Below are positions 28,004 to 37,993 of a stretch of DNA of 64,000 bases, piece by piece. The position numbers were made by a program, and so were the translations under genes. Within the stretch, counting starts at the first letter, position 1, and each line of letters begins with the position of its first letter. The notes under the pieces were generated by a model. It was not told the DNA's origin and made no database searches. It was given only the letters and a program-made list of their open reading frames with translations. Source of the stretch: Eubacteriales bacterium. Its GTDB lineage: Bacteria; Bacillota; Clostridia; Oscillospirales; CAG-272. Location of the stretch: NCBI GenBank assembly GCA_045594085.1, contig JAZNXW010000023.1, positions 363-64,362 of the forward strand, written 5' to 3'.

Positions 28004-29044
28004 ATGGCTCGTCGTCGCAAAGAAAAGACCAAAACCGAGAACGTGTGCGGTACGGCACGCACGCGTTTGATTACGACGGATAATGACGGAGACCTCGGTG
28101 CGGAAGTGACCTTCTCGCACCGATCGGTTCTCCTTTACGAATGCATCGAGGGGCTCGCTATAAAGCCCGACGGTGTGTATGCCGACTGCACCGCCGGAGG
28201 CGGCGGTCATTCTTACGAGATAGCGTCAAGGCTTGACGGCGGACGTCTCATTTCGATCGACCGTGATTCGGATGCGATAGCGGCTTGCAAAAAACGTCTC
28301 GGCGTTTTCGGTGACCGCGTCACTCTCGTTCACGACAACTACCGCAACCTCGGATCCATTATCGAGGCGCTCGGTATAGAGGGACTTGACGGAGTACTCC
28401 TTGATCTTGGTGTCAGCTCACATCAGATAGACACAGTCGAAAGAGGATTTTCGTACAGTGCCTCCGAGCCCGCACCGCTCGATATGAGAATGTCACGTGA
28501 CGACGGACTCACCGCGTATGACGTTGTCAACGGATATGAGCCGTCGGAGCTCAGACGGATCCTTTACGAATACGGCGAAGAAAAATTCGCGTCACGTATC
28601 GTTGACAGGATCGTGGAAGCAAGAGAAAAAGCACCGATCGAAACGACGACGGAGCTTTCGGATATAATCAAATCTGCGATTCCCGCCGCATCTGTGGAGA
28701 AGGGATCGCATCCCGCGAAGCGTACGTTCCAGGCGATACGCATCGAGGTCAACGGAGAGCTCGACGGTATCGAGCCCGCGCTTACCGCGGCAATTGACTC
28801 GCTTGCGCCCGGCGGAAGGATCGCGGTGATCACATTCCATTCGCTTGAGGACAGAATAGTAAAGCGTATCTTCGCTGACAGAGTAAAGGGCTGTGAGTGC
28901 CCGCCCGACTTTCCCGTTTGCGTTTGCGGAAAGAAACCGACACTCAAGCTTGTGAACAAAAAACCTATCGTTTCCGGTGCGGACGAGCTTTCGGAAAATC
29001 CGAGAGCGAGAAGCGCGAAGCTCCGCATCGCAGAAAAGCTTTGA
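28004..29044 (+). CDS. rsmH: 16S rRNA m4C1402 methyltransferase (start uncertain)
   Basis: DCTAGGGGHS, DLGVSS, TFHSLEDR, NPRARSAKLR. Confidence 0.95.
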   Translation: MARRRKEKTKTENVCGTARTRLITTDNDGDLGAEVTFSHRSVLLYECIEGLAIKPDGVYADCTAGGGGHSYEIASRLDGGRLISIDRDSDAIAACKKRLGVFGDRVTLVHDNYRNLGSIIEALGIEGLDGVLLDLGVSSHQIDTVERGFSYSASEPAPLDMRMSRDDGLTAYDVVNGYEPSELRRILYEYGEEKFASRIVDRIVEAREKAPIETTTELSDIIKSAIPAASVEKGSHPAKRTFQAIRIEVNGELDGIEPALTAAIDSLAPGGRIAVITFHSLEDRIVKRIFADRVKGCECPPDFPVCVCGKKPTLKLVNKKPIVSGADELSENPRARSAKLRIAEKL

Positions 29045-29077
29045 TTTATAAAATCTATTGAAAGGAAGCTGAAAAAA

Positions 29078-29989
29078 GTGACTTACGAACGCGTTAACGG
29101 ACATCAGAATATGAATCAGGCGAAGGCTCGCCGTCCCGTTGCGTCCGAGGTGCGCCGCGAGTATCCCGGGGCGGACTATGCCACAACTCAGCTCGTAACG
29201 AAGCTTCGCTCGCGCGGAAGCGCAAATGCACCGCATCATCGCGCTCCGTCTTCCGATCTTATGCAGGATGCATACAAGACAGTTCCGACAAGACCGACCG
29301 CAAACGTGCGTGAGGTTGCTCCCACGCTCAATGATAAGTACAGTCCGTATTCGGACGTAAACGTAAGTGCGGCGAGAAGACAGCCGCAGGCGCGTCCCGT
29401 ACAGCAGACTCAGGTGAAGCAGCCGCAGGCGCGTCCTGCAGCAGGTGTTCAGCGTCCGCCTCATAGACAGAATACCGCAATCGCGGCATCAGAGCGTAAA
29501 GCGCCCGTTAAGACACCCGTTAAGAGAGCTCCCGCGTCCACGGAAGTGAAATTCCGCCGTCCTGCCGCAGGCACACAGATTGCGGAGTCCGGACCTCGCG
29601 AGGTCGCACTCAAGAACGTTCCGTTCCCGAAGCTTGTCTTTATGATCCTTATGTTTGCGATCATAATCTTCCTGATGATACAGAGCGTTGTTCAGAATTT
29701 CGAATATCAGCGTGAAATCACGGCGCTTCAGGCAGAACTTGACAGCCTTAACAGCCGCGCCGAATCGCTTCGTCTTGATCTCGAGGAAAGAGACGATCTT
29801 GCCGAAATCGAGCGTCGCGCAGAAGAGATCGGTATGATAAAGAGCAACAGCATTGAAGAAAAATACATAAGTCTCAACCATAGCGATATCATTGAAAATT
29901 TCGGAACGGAAGAGGACGATTACGGTCCGGTCACGACGATGCTCAGTGCGGTAAGCCGCCGCCTGTCCAAATTCTTTGACGGACAGTGA
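29078..29989 (+). CDS. FtsL/DivIC-like protein with long disordered N-terminus
   Basis: Position after rsmH; single TM then coiled coil ending IERRAEEIGM. Confidence 0.7.
   Translation: MTYERVNGHQNMNQAKARRPVASEVRREYPGADYATTQLVTKLRSRGSANAPHHRAPSSDLMQDAYKTVPTRPTANVREVAPTLNDKYSPYSDVNVSAARRQPQARPVQQTQVKQPQARPAAGVQRPPHRQNTAIAASERKAPVKTPVKRAPASTEVKFRRPAAGTQIAESGPREVALKNVPFPKLVFMILMFAIIIFLMIQSVVQNFEYQREITALQAELDSLNSRAESLRLDLEERDDLAEIERRAEEIGMIKSNSIEEKYISLNHSDIIENFGTEEDDYGPVTTMLSAVSRRLSKFFDGQ
29381..29436 (+). repeat. 17-bp direct repeat (QPQARP twice)
   Basis: CAGCCGCAGGCGCGTCC at 29381 and 29420. Confidence 0.85.
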
Positions 29990-30155
29990 GCCGTTGCCTC
30001 GGCATAAAGTGTGCCGCTTGCAAATATAATATACAAACCCATCAAAAGAGTAAGGAGACTTGACATTTTAAGCTCGTTACTCTTTTTGAATGAAGGGCAT
30101 AATTTCGAATAAGGTCGAAATTTGAAAGAAAAACTGTAAGGAAAGGAGAGCGAAT

Positions 30156-32528
30156 ATGAATAATACGAACAAAACTATAACCGGAAGAGCATATTTCGTT
30201 CTCGCTGTCTTTATAGTTATGTGGATCGCACTTTGCGCCGTGCTTTTCAACATACAGATACTTTCATACGAGGAGTATCAGGAAAAGGTAATAAATCAGA
30301 TCACGAAGGAGACGGAGGTAACCTCCGAACGCGGCGAGATCTATGACGCGAATATGAATCTGCTTGCGGCGAATAAGACTGTCTGGCTTATTTTCATCTC
30401 TCCGCAGGATATAATCGACGCGATGGCATCCGATTTTTCGATGTACGCTCTTGCAACGGAGGACGGAAGTCATAACATCGGCGCAATCGGTTATCTCGGT
30501 GCGCTTCATGAAGCGTCGGGACTTTACATCTATACGGATGCGGACGGAGTTTCATCCTCGTACACGATGGATAAACTCATTGCCAAGGGACTTTCCGAGA
30601 TCCTTGACGTCGAGTACACAAAAATAATGGACCTCACAAAGAAAAAGAACCGCTATTATGAGGTTGTGAAGAAGAACGTAGATAAGGAAGAGGCTGATCT
30701 CGTCCGTGAATTCATAGATAAATACGGACTTGAGGAGCAGATCTACCTTTCCGCATCGACGAAGCGTTATTATCCGGGCGGAACGCTCGCGTGCCACGTA
30801 GTCGGATTTGTCAACTCCGACGGAGACGGCGTGTACGGTCTTGAATCGTACTATAACGACGTGCTCAAGGGCAGCAGTGGCTCGTACATAACTGCAACGG
30901 ACGGCAAGGGTAACGACCTACCCGATTCATATGAAAGCTATCTTTCCGATCAGGACGGATACAATATTATAACGACGATAGATTCCTACATCCAGTATGA
31001 GCTTGAAAACGTTCTTGAGGAAACCATGACCGTCAACGCGGCGGCTAACCGCGTCGCGGGCATAGTTATGGACGTCAATACGGGCGGCATTCTCGCGATG
31101 GCGACTGTAGGCGGATACGATCTTAATCAGCCGTATGAGCTTACGGAGTATTATCAGGCGGCACTCGATGCGTCGGGATATTCACCCGACAGTGAAGAAT
31201 ATAAAAAGGAATTCTACGATCAGCTTTATACGATGTGGAACAACAAGGCTGTTACAGAGCTTTACGAGCCCGGATCCACGTTCAAGATCATAACAACCGC
31301 GATGTCCCTTGAGCTTGGCGTCGGTAAGCTGTCGGATCACTTCACCTGCAACGGCAGGATCAAGGTGGAGGGATATTCCGATCCGATCAAGTGCCACAAG
31401 CTTTCAGGGCACGGCGATCTCGATTTCAAGACGGCGCTGCAGCAGTCGTGCAACCCTGCGTTTGTCACGATCGGCATGCGAATCGGACGTGAAAACTTCT
31501 ACAATTACTTTAAAATGTTCGGCTACGGCTCAAAATCCGGAGTCGATCTGCCCGGCGAGGCAACGACGATCTATCATAATTATAAGGATTTCTCGAACGT
31601 CTCTCTCGCGGTTTATTCCTTCGGTCAGACGTTTAAGGTTACGCCCGTTCAGCATCTGTCTGCTATCGCGGCAGTTGCAAACGGCGGTTATCTTGTGACG
31701 CCTCATCTTCTTGACGAGGTAATCGACGATGACGGCAATGTAATTGACAGCTATGATGTTTCGTCAAAGCGTCAGATCCTCTCCGAGGCGACGTGCAAAA
31801 CTCTTGCGATGATCCTTGAGGACGGCGTTTCCGGCAACGGAGGCGCGAAAAATGCGTACGTTGCGGGCTATGCTGTCGCGGCAAAAACGGGTACGTCCCA
31901 GAAGCGAGACGAAGCGGACGAATCTCTCCGCGTCGGCTCATGCGTTGCATACGCGCCTGCGGACGATCCGCAGATAGCGGTGCTCATCCTCGTCGATGAG
32001 CCCTCTGCGGGCAGTTCCTACGGCTCTGTTGTAGCGGCGCCGTACGTTTCGAAGCTCCTCTCATACGTTCTTCCGTACCTCGGATTTGAGCCGCAGTATA
32101 CGGAGGACGAAGCGGCGTCCGTTGAGTCCGCCGTGAGCGACTACAAGGGACTTACTCTTACGACAGCGGTTTCTCTGCTTGACAAAAACGGATATGACTA
32201 TACCATCGTCGGAGACGGTGCTTCCGTAACAGGTCAGTGGCCCGCATCGGGCACGATTGTATCCGAACTGTCCAAGAAAATAGTCATTTATACAAACGGC
32301 GAAGAGCCGGAGGCAACTGTAAAGGTGCCTGACGTCGTCGGCAAGTCCGCGGAAGCGGCAAACCGACTTGTCATCAACGAAAATCTCAACATACGCATAG
32401 ACGGTGCCGCAAACTACACAAGCGGAAGCGGCGCGACTGTTATTTCGCAGTATCCCGTGGCGGGAACGGTCGTTCCGGAGGGAACTGTTATCACGCTTGA
32501 ATTTATGCATCTTTCCGATACCGACTGA
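30156..32528 (+). CDS. Class B penicillin-binding protein (SpoVD/FtsI type) with two PASTA domains
   Basis: RGEIYD, RYYP, EPGSTFK, SCN, KTG. Confidence 0.93.
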   Translation: MNNTNKTITGRAYFVLAVFIVMWIALCAVLFNIQILSYEEYQEKVINQITKETEVTSERGEIYDANMNLLAANKTVWLIFISPQDIIDAMASDFSMYALATEDGSHNIGAIGYLGALHEASGLYIYTDADGVSSSYTMDKLIAKGLSEILDVEYTKIMDLTKKKNRYYEVVKKNVDKEEADLVREFIDKYGLEEQIYLSASTKRYYPGGTLACHVVGFVNSDGDGVYGLESYYNDVLKGSSGSYITATDGKGNDLPDSYESYLSDQDGYNIITTIDSYIQYELENVLEETMTVNAAANRVAGIVMDVNTGGILAMATVGGYDLNQPYELTEYYQAALDASGYSPDSEEYKKEFYDQLYTMWNNKAVTELYEPGSTFKIITTAMSLELGVGKLSDHFTCNGRIKVEGYSDPIKCHKLSGHGDLDFKTALQQSCNPAFVTIGMRIGRENFYNYFKMFGYGSKSGVDLPGEATTIYHNYKDFSNVSLAVYSFGQTFKVTPVQHLSAIAAVANGGYLVTPHLLDEVIDDDGNVIDSYDVSSKRQILSEATCKTLAMILEDGVSGNGGAKNAYVAGYAVAAKTGTSQKRDEADESLRVGSCVAYAPADDPQIAVLILVDEPSAGSSYGSVVAAPYVSKLLSYVLPYLGFEPQYTEDEAASVESAVSDYKGLTLTTAVSLLDKNGYDYTIVGDGASVTGQWPASGTIVSELSKKIVIYTNGEEPEATVKVPDVVGKSAEAANRLVINENLNIRIDGAANYTSGSGATVISQYPVAGTVVPEGTVITLEFMHLSDTD

Positions 32529-32545
32529 TAAAGGAGGAAACGCCC

Positions 32546-34036
32546 ACGAAGCTTCTTTTCGAGCTTTTGAGGGGGATTACGTGCGATATAACTTGCGCGA
32601 GTGCTCTCTCTGTTACGGACGTTGAAATTTCGGATGTGACCGCCGACAGCAGACGGGCGGGAAAAGGAACGCTTTTTGCGGCGCTTTGCGGCAAAAGGCA
32701 TAACGGAAACAAATTTATAAACGATGCCGTTGAGAGAGGCGCCGTTGCTGTTCTGACAGACGAGCGCATCTCAGCGGCGGCAGAGGTGCCCGTGATTTCG
32801 GTACGCGATGTGAAAACGGTGTTTTCACGTCTGTGTGCGCGGATGTATGCTGACGGTGCGGCATCAAACATCATTGCAGTGACGGGCACGAACGGCAAAA
32901 CCACAACCGCAATGGCGACGGCGCATATTTTTGCGTCTGCGGGCTTTGAAACCGCAGTCATAGGTACTGTCGGTAAGGGATTTTACGGCAACATGACGCC
33001 GTCCTACGACGGAATGACGACTCCCGTACCCGAGGAGCTTTACCGTGAGATCGGCAAACTTTCGTGCGCGGGCGCGGAGTATATAATTATCGAAGCGAGC
33101 TCACATGGAATTGCGGAAGGAAGGCTTGCGGGGCTCATTGACACCGACTGTGCGCTGAAGAGCGCGATATTCACGAATCTATCGCCCGAGCATCTCGATT
33201 ATCACGCCGATATGGAGGATTATTTTCGGGTTAAGTCGCGTCTGTTCACTGATTTTGGCTTTGTATGTTCCGTCATCAACGTGGACGGCAGATACGGACG
33301 CAGAATGGCTGATGCCGCGCTTGGACACGTCATTACCGTGGGAGATAACGCGGATTATGGCGCGTCATGCATAGAGTACGGCGCGGACGGAGTCGGATAT
33401 CTGATATCCTCTTCTCGCTTGAGGCTTCGCGTGCGATGCCCCGCCATCGGAGCTTATATGGCGGAAAACACTCTGCTTGCCGCGGCGACGGCACTTACGT
33501 CGGGAATCGATCCTTTGACGGTGACGGAGGCGATCGGTACCTTTCACGGCGTGCGGGGAAGAATGGAAAAGGTGGATACGGGCTCGTTTGGCGTGTCCGT
33601 GTACATAGATTTTGCGCACACTCCAGAAGCGCTCTCGGCGCTTCTTACGTCTGCGAGACGTATGCATCCGCAGGGCAGGCTCATCCTGCTTTTTGGCTGC
33701 GGCGGCGACAGAGACAAGACGAAACGCGCCGCAATGGGCGCTGTTGCGTCCGAATATGCCGATTACGTTGTCGTTACATCCGACAACAGTCGAACGGAGC
33801 GCGCGGAGAATATCATTTCCGATATTCTGAAGGGGATGGCGCAGGCTTCGTCATATTCCGTCATAGAAAGCAGAAAAGATGCGATAGAATATACGTTGAA
33901 GATCGCGAGCAAGGGAGATGTGATCCTGCTTGCGGGCAAAGGGCACGAAGATTATGAGGACCGAAACGGCGAAAAAACACGCTTTAACGAGCGTGAGATC
34001 GTCCGCGAGGTGATCGATAAAATAAACGGATCCTGA
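32546..34036 (+). CDS. murE: UDP-MurNAc-tripeptide synthetase; probable ACG start
   Basis: GTNGKTT, EASSHG, DFAHTP, GCGGDRD, DNSR, AGKGHE; AAGGAGG 8 nt before in-frame ACG. Confidence 0.93.
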   Translation, partial: TKLLFELLRGITCDITCASALSVTDVEISDVTADSRRAGKGTLFAALCGKRHNGNKFINDAVERGAVAVLTDERISAAAEVPVISVRDVKTVFSRLCARMYADGAASNIIAVTGTNGKTTTAMATAHIFASAGFETAVIGTVGKGFYGNMTPSYDGMTTPVPEELYREIGKLSCAGAEYIIIEASSHGIAEGRLAGLIDTDCALKSAIFTNLSPEHLDYHADMEDYFRVKSRLFTDFGFVCSVINVDGRYGRRMADAALGHVITVGDNADYGASCIEYGADGVGYLISSSRLRLRVRCPAIGAYMAENTLLAAATALTSGIDPLTVTEAIGTFHGVRGRMEKVDTGSFGVSVYIDFAHTPEALSALLTSARRMHPQGRLILLFGCGGDRDKTKRAAMGAVASEYADYVVVTSDNSRTERAENIISDILKGMAQASSYSVIESRKDAIEYTLKIASKGDVILLAGKGHEDYEDRNGEKTRFNEREIVREVIDKINGS

Positions 34037-34040
34037 AAAT

Positions 34041-35516
34041 ATGAAAGGACGCGGAAAAACCGCAACCGCTATGAAAGAAAACTACATCGAGCTTACACTT
34101 ATGCCTCTGGACGCGGAGTCCGTGTGCAGAATAACCGAAGGAGAGCTTATCCGTGTGAACGGAGGCTTCGGCGGAAGAATACAGTACGTCACGTCAGATT
34201 CGAGAGTCGTGCTTGAATCGGGTATGTTTGTTGCAATCAATGGCGAGACCTTTGACGGCAATGCATACATCGAGGACGCGGTGCGAAAGGGCAAGCGTCT
34301 TGTCCTTTGCGAGCGCGCGGACACATATCCTGCCGATATGCCGGGGGCTGATCTTGTAGTTGTACCCGATTCCGTGATCGCGCTCGGCAAGCTCGCCAAG
34401 CATTATATTTACGAAAGCAGAGTCAGAACTGTTGCTGTGACGGGCTCTGTCGGCAAAACGACGACAAAGGAGTTCATCCATGCGGTTCTGTCGCAGAAAT
34501 ATAGAACACAGAAAACGGAAGGCAACAAAAACAACGAGATCGGTCTGCCCGAAACGGCGCTGAAGATCGAGCCCGATGCCGAATATGCCGTTTTTGAATG
34601 CGGTATGTGCGGACTCGGTGAGATAGAGTATCTTTCGAAGATCGTGTGTCCCGATATCGGTGTTATTACGAATATCGGATCCTCGCATCTTGAAAAGCTT
34701 GGTACGCGCGAGAACATCGCAAAGGCGAAGCTCGAGCTGACGGAAGGAATGTCCACAGACGCACTTCTCGTCATCAATGCGGATGAGCCGCTTCTGACAG
34801 AATCCGAAAAGGTCAAAAATCACGGACGCGTCGTAACGGCGGCACTTCGTAACAGAAACGCAGATTACAGAGCACTCAATCTCCGCACGGTAGCGACGGG
34901 AATGGTGTTTGACCTCATTTACAGAAATCGCGTTGCGGCGAACGTGGAGATCCCCGTTTTCGGTGCGCATAACGTATACGATGCGCTTTATGCATTTGCC
35001 GTCGGTATCGAGGCAGGTATGAGCGAATCCGATATACGTCTCGGACTTATGTCGTACAAGGGCGCGGCAATGCGTCAGCGCATTTATGAGGTGGGCAATA
35101 TTACCGTTATCGAGGATTGCTACAACGCAAGTCCCGAATCGATGAGAGCCTCCATCGACGTGCTTGCATCAATGGCGAAGACAAAGGGAACACGTGCAAC
35201 GGCGCTTCTCGGGGATATGAAGGAGCTCGGTGAATATACGGTGCTGATGCATCAGCAGGTAGGCGTTTATGCCGCAAAGGCGGGTGTCAAGGTGCTTTAC
35301 ACTTACGGTCAGCTTGCAGAAAACATCGCAGAATCCGCGATCACCAACGGAGTCAGAGCCGAAAATGTCTACGTCAATCTTGATTCAAACGCGCCGAGTG
35401 TTACCGGCGATATGATACTTTCCGCGGCAATGCCCGGCGACGTACTTCTTGTCAAGGCATCGAGGGCTGTCGCTGCCGAGAAGGTCATCGAATACATCAA
35501 GAAAAAACTCTCCTAA
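34041..35516 (+). CDS. murF: UDP-MurNAc-pentapeptide synthetase (start 34041 or 34071)
   Basis: GSVGKTTTKE, NNEIG, DCYNASPES, GDMKELG, KASR. Confidence 0.95.
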   Translation: MKGRGKTATAMKENYIELTLMPLDAESVCRITEGELIRVNGGFGGRIQYVTSDSRVVLESGMFVAINGETFDGNAYIEDAVRKGKRLVLCERADTYPADMPGADLVVVPDSVIALGKLAKHYIYESRVRTVAVTGSVGKTTTKEFIHAVLSQKYRTQKTEGNKNNEIGLPETALKIEPDAEYAVFECGMCGLGEIEYLSKIVCPDIGVITNIGSSHLEKLGTRENIAKAKLELTEGMSTDALLVINADEPLLTESEKVKNHGRVVTAALRNRNADYRALNLRTVATGMVFDLIYRNRVAANVEIPVFGAHNVYDALYAFAVGIEAGMSESDIRLGLMSYKGAAMRQRIYEVGNITVIEDCYNASPESMRASIDVLASMAKTKGTRATALLGDMKELGEYTVLMHQQVGVYAAKAGVKVLYTYGQLAENIAESAITNGVRAENVYVNLDSNAPSVTGDMILSAAMPGDVLLVKASRAVAAEKVIEYIKKKLS

Positions 35517-35556
35517 ATAAAAGACGTTCAACATACCGAAAGGAACGGTCACAACA

Positions 35557-36582
35557 ATGGAAAAATATATCTACATAGTGGCGGCTGTAAGCGGCATTCT
35601 CACGTTTGTACTGACAGTTATTCTGTCGCGTATCATTATTCCCATTCTCAAGAGCCGCAAGATGGGACAGAAAATCCTCGATATCGGCCCGCGTTGGCAT
35701 AAATCCAAGGAAGGCACGCCCACGATGGGCGGCATCGCCTTCATCTTCGCGATGACGGTGGCGATGATTGTTGTGATCGTCGTTTTGTCGGTCAAAAACG
35801 AAAAGGTTCCCGTGATGCTAACGGCAACCTTCGTTTACGCGCTTTCCTGCGCGTTTATCGGATGCATAGACGATTCCGCGAAGCTCCGCAAAAAGCAGAA
35901 TGAGGGGCTCACAGCGATCCAGAAGCTCACACTTCAGATCGTAACGTCGAGCGCGTACACCGCGGCACTCGTTTACTTCGGCTGCATCGGAAGCTCGCTT
36001 TACATCCCGTATTTTAACGTGTGGATAGAGGATCTCGGTATCGTTTATTACGCATTTGTCGTGTTTATGCTCGTCGGCGTCAACAATGCCGTCAATCTCG
36101 GTGACGGAATCGACGGACTCGCATCCTCCGAGGTGCTTGTCATCGGCGCATTCTTCATCGCCGCCGCATTCGGAAAATACGGACAGATCACCGCTGTCGC
36201 ATCCGAGCTCGGTGTGCTTGGCGCTTGTATGATAGGTGCCGCTGCAGGCTTCCTTGTCTACAATTTCCACCCCGCCCGTGTGTTTATGGGCGATACGGGC
36301 TCGCTTTTCTTCGGCGCGCTCGTTATGGGCGGTGCGATCATGCTCGATAATCCGCTGATCGTCATCGTTTACGGCTTTATGTTTATTCTCGAGGCTGTTT
36401 CCGTGATTATTCAGGTCGGATATTTCAAGCTGACGCACGGAAAACGCTTCTTTAAGATGGCACCCATCCACCATCATTTCGAAAAATGCGGATGGAGCGA
36501 AAACGAGGTCGTTGCAGTGTTCGCCGCGGCGACGTTGATCTTCTCGATCCTCGCATATTTCGGACTTTATTCCGTAATGTAA
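35557..36582 (+). CDS. mraY: Phospho-MurNAc-pentapeptide transferase
   Basis: KEGTPTMGG, NAVNLGDGIDG, FMGDTGS, MAPIHHHFE. Confidence 0.97.
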   Translation: MEKYIYIVAAVSGILTFVLTVILSRIIIPILKSRKMGQKILDIGPRWHKSKEGTPTMGGIAFIFAMTVAMIVVIVVLSVKNEKVPVMLTATFVYALSCAFIGCIDDSAKLRKKQNEGLTAIQKLTLQIVTSSAYTAALVYFGCIGSSLYIPYFNVWIEDLGIVYYAFVVFMLVGVNNAVNLGDGIDGLASSEVLVIGAFFIAAAFGKYGQITAVASELGVLGACMIGAAAGFLVYNFHPARVFMGDTGSLFFGALVMGGAIMLDNPLIVIVYGFMFILEAVSVIIQVGYFKLTHGKRFFKMAPIHHHFEKCGWSENEVVAVFAAATLIFSILAYFGLYSVM

Positions 36583-36622
36583 TTAATTCAAATTGCAAAT
36601 CTGACGAAAGGAGGGCGAATGC

Positions 36623-37942
36623 TTGGACCGTAACGTAAACGACAGCGCGCACCGCCGTAAAAGAGCACCCGGCAACGTAAGACCGGATGTGTCTTCGGTA
36701 TCCGAAAGCGCACGTGGCACGGCAGGCTCACGTAACGAGCTTGTGAAAAGGGAAGCGGAGCTTCCCGCTGTTCGTGAGGAAGTTATGCCGGGACGTAAAA
36801 AGACCGAATACGAGCGTATCAAGACCTCGCCCGACCGAATCCTTATCGTTATCATCTTTATGCTCGTCTGTATGGGATCGCTGATGGTCTTTTCCGCAAG
36901 CTATCCGTATGCGGTGAGTCAGAACCTCGGCAGCTACTATTATCTCAAGCGTCAGGTCGTGTTCGCGGCTCTCGGATTTGTCACGATGACGATCGCGTCG
37001 AAGATCCCCTACGATTTTTATAAGAAGGTTGCGTGGATCGCATATGCGATTGCGGCGGCGCTTCTGGTGCTTGTGCTTGTTATGGGCGTAAGCGAGGGTG
37101 AGGCTCAGAGATGGCTCGTAATTCCCGGAACGGGTATCTCGATGCAGCCGTCCGAGATCATGAAGGTCGCGCTTATACTTGTTATGGCGCGTTACGTCAG
37201 CATCAATGCCGAATATATGATGCAGAAAACGTCCGGCAAGCTTCAGTTTTTGTACGGAACCGTTTATCCGACGTTTATTCTTTTTCCGACCTGCGCGCTC
37301 GTGCTTCTCGAAAAGCATCTTTCCGGCACGGCGATCATATTTATGATCGGTTGTATCATTCTTTTCATCGGCGGAGCAAATCTCGGCATGCTTATCGGAA
37401 CGTATCTGCCCGTGGGACTTATCGGCGGCGGACTCTTCCTTTATTTCAACTCGTACGCGTGGAAGCGCGTTATGACCTTCTTCGATGAAAACGCAAACGC
37501 TCTCGACGAGGATTGGCAGACGACGCAGGGGCTTCTTGCGATCGGATCGGGCGGTCTTTTCGGATTGGGACTCGGTGAGAGCAGGCAGAAATACGGCTAC
37601 GTTTCACAGCCGCAAAACGACTTCATATTCACGATACTTTGCGAGGAGCTCGGATTTATCGGAGCGCTGTTCGTGATTGCGTTGTTTGTTGCGCTTCTCT
37701 GGCGCGGATTCACTGTCGCGCGCCGTGCACCCGATGTCTTCTCATCGCTTGTTGCGTACGGCATAATGAGCCACGTCACCATTCAGGCGGTGCTCAATAT
37801 TATGGTAGTAACGGACTCCTTCTTCAACACGGGCGTGTCTCTGCCGTTCTTCTCGTACGGAGGCTCGTCGCTCGTAATGCTGATGACGGAAATGGGAATC
37901 GTGCTTTCGATCTCACGCCATTCGCGACAAAAAAAGGCATAG
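36623..37942 (+). CDS. ftsW: SEDS glycosyltransferase FtsW/SpoVE
   Basis: QPSEIMK, GSGGLFG, NDFIF, PFFSYGGSS; TTG start with AAGGAGG. Confidence 0.92.
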   Translation: MDRNVNDSAHRRKRAPGNVRPDVSSVSESARGTAGSRNELVKREAELPAVREEVMPGRKKTEYERIKTSPDRILIVIIFMLVCMGSLMVFSASYPYAVSQNLGSYYYLKRQVVFAALGFVTMTIASKIPYDFYKKVAWIAYAIAAALLVLVLVMGVSEGEAQRWLVIPGTGISMQPSEIMKVALILVMARYVSINAEYMMQKTSGKLQFLYGTVYPTFILFPTCALVLLEKHLSGTAIIFMIGCIILFIGGANLGMLIGTYLPVGLIGGGLFLYFNSYAWKRVMTFFDENANALDEDWQTTQGLLAIGSGGLFGLGLGESRQKYGYVSQPQNDFIFTILCEELGFIGALFVIALFVALLWRGFTVARRAPDVFSSLVAYGIMSHVTIQAVLNIMVVTDSFFNTGVSLPFFSYGGSSLVMLMTEMGIVLSISRHSRQKKA

Positions 37943-37993
37943 GCGACAAATCATATCACATACAAAACTGACATTGATATTTTTGGAGGAACA

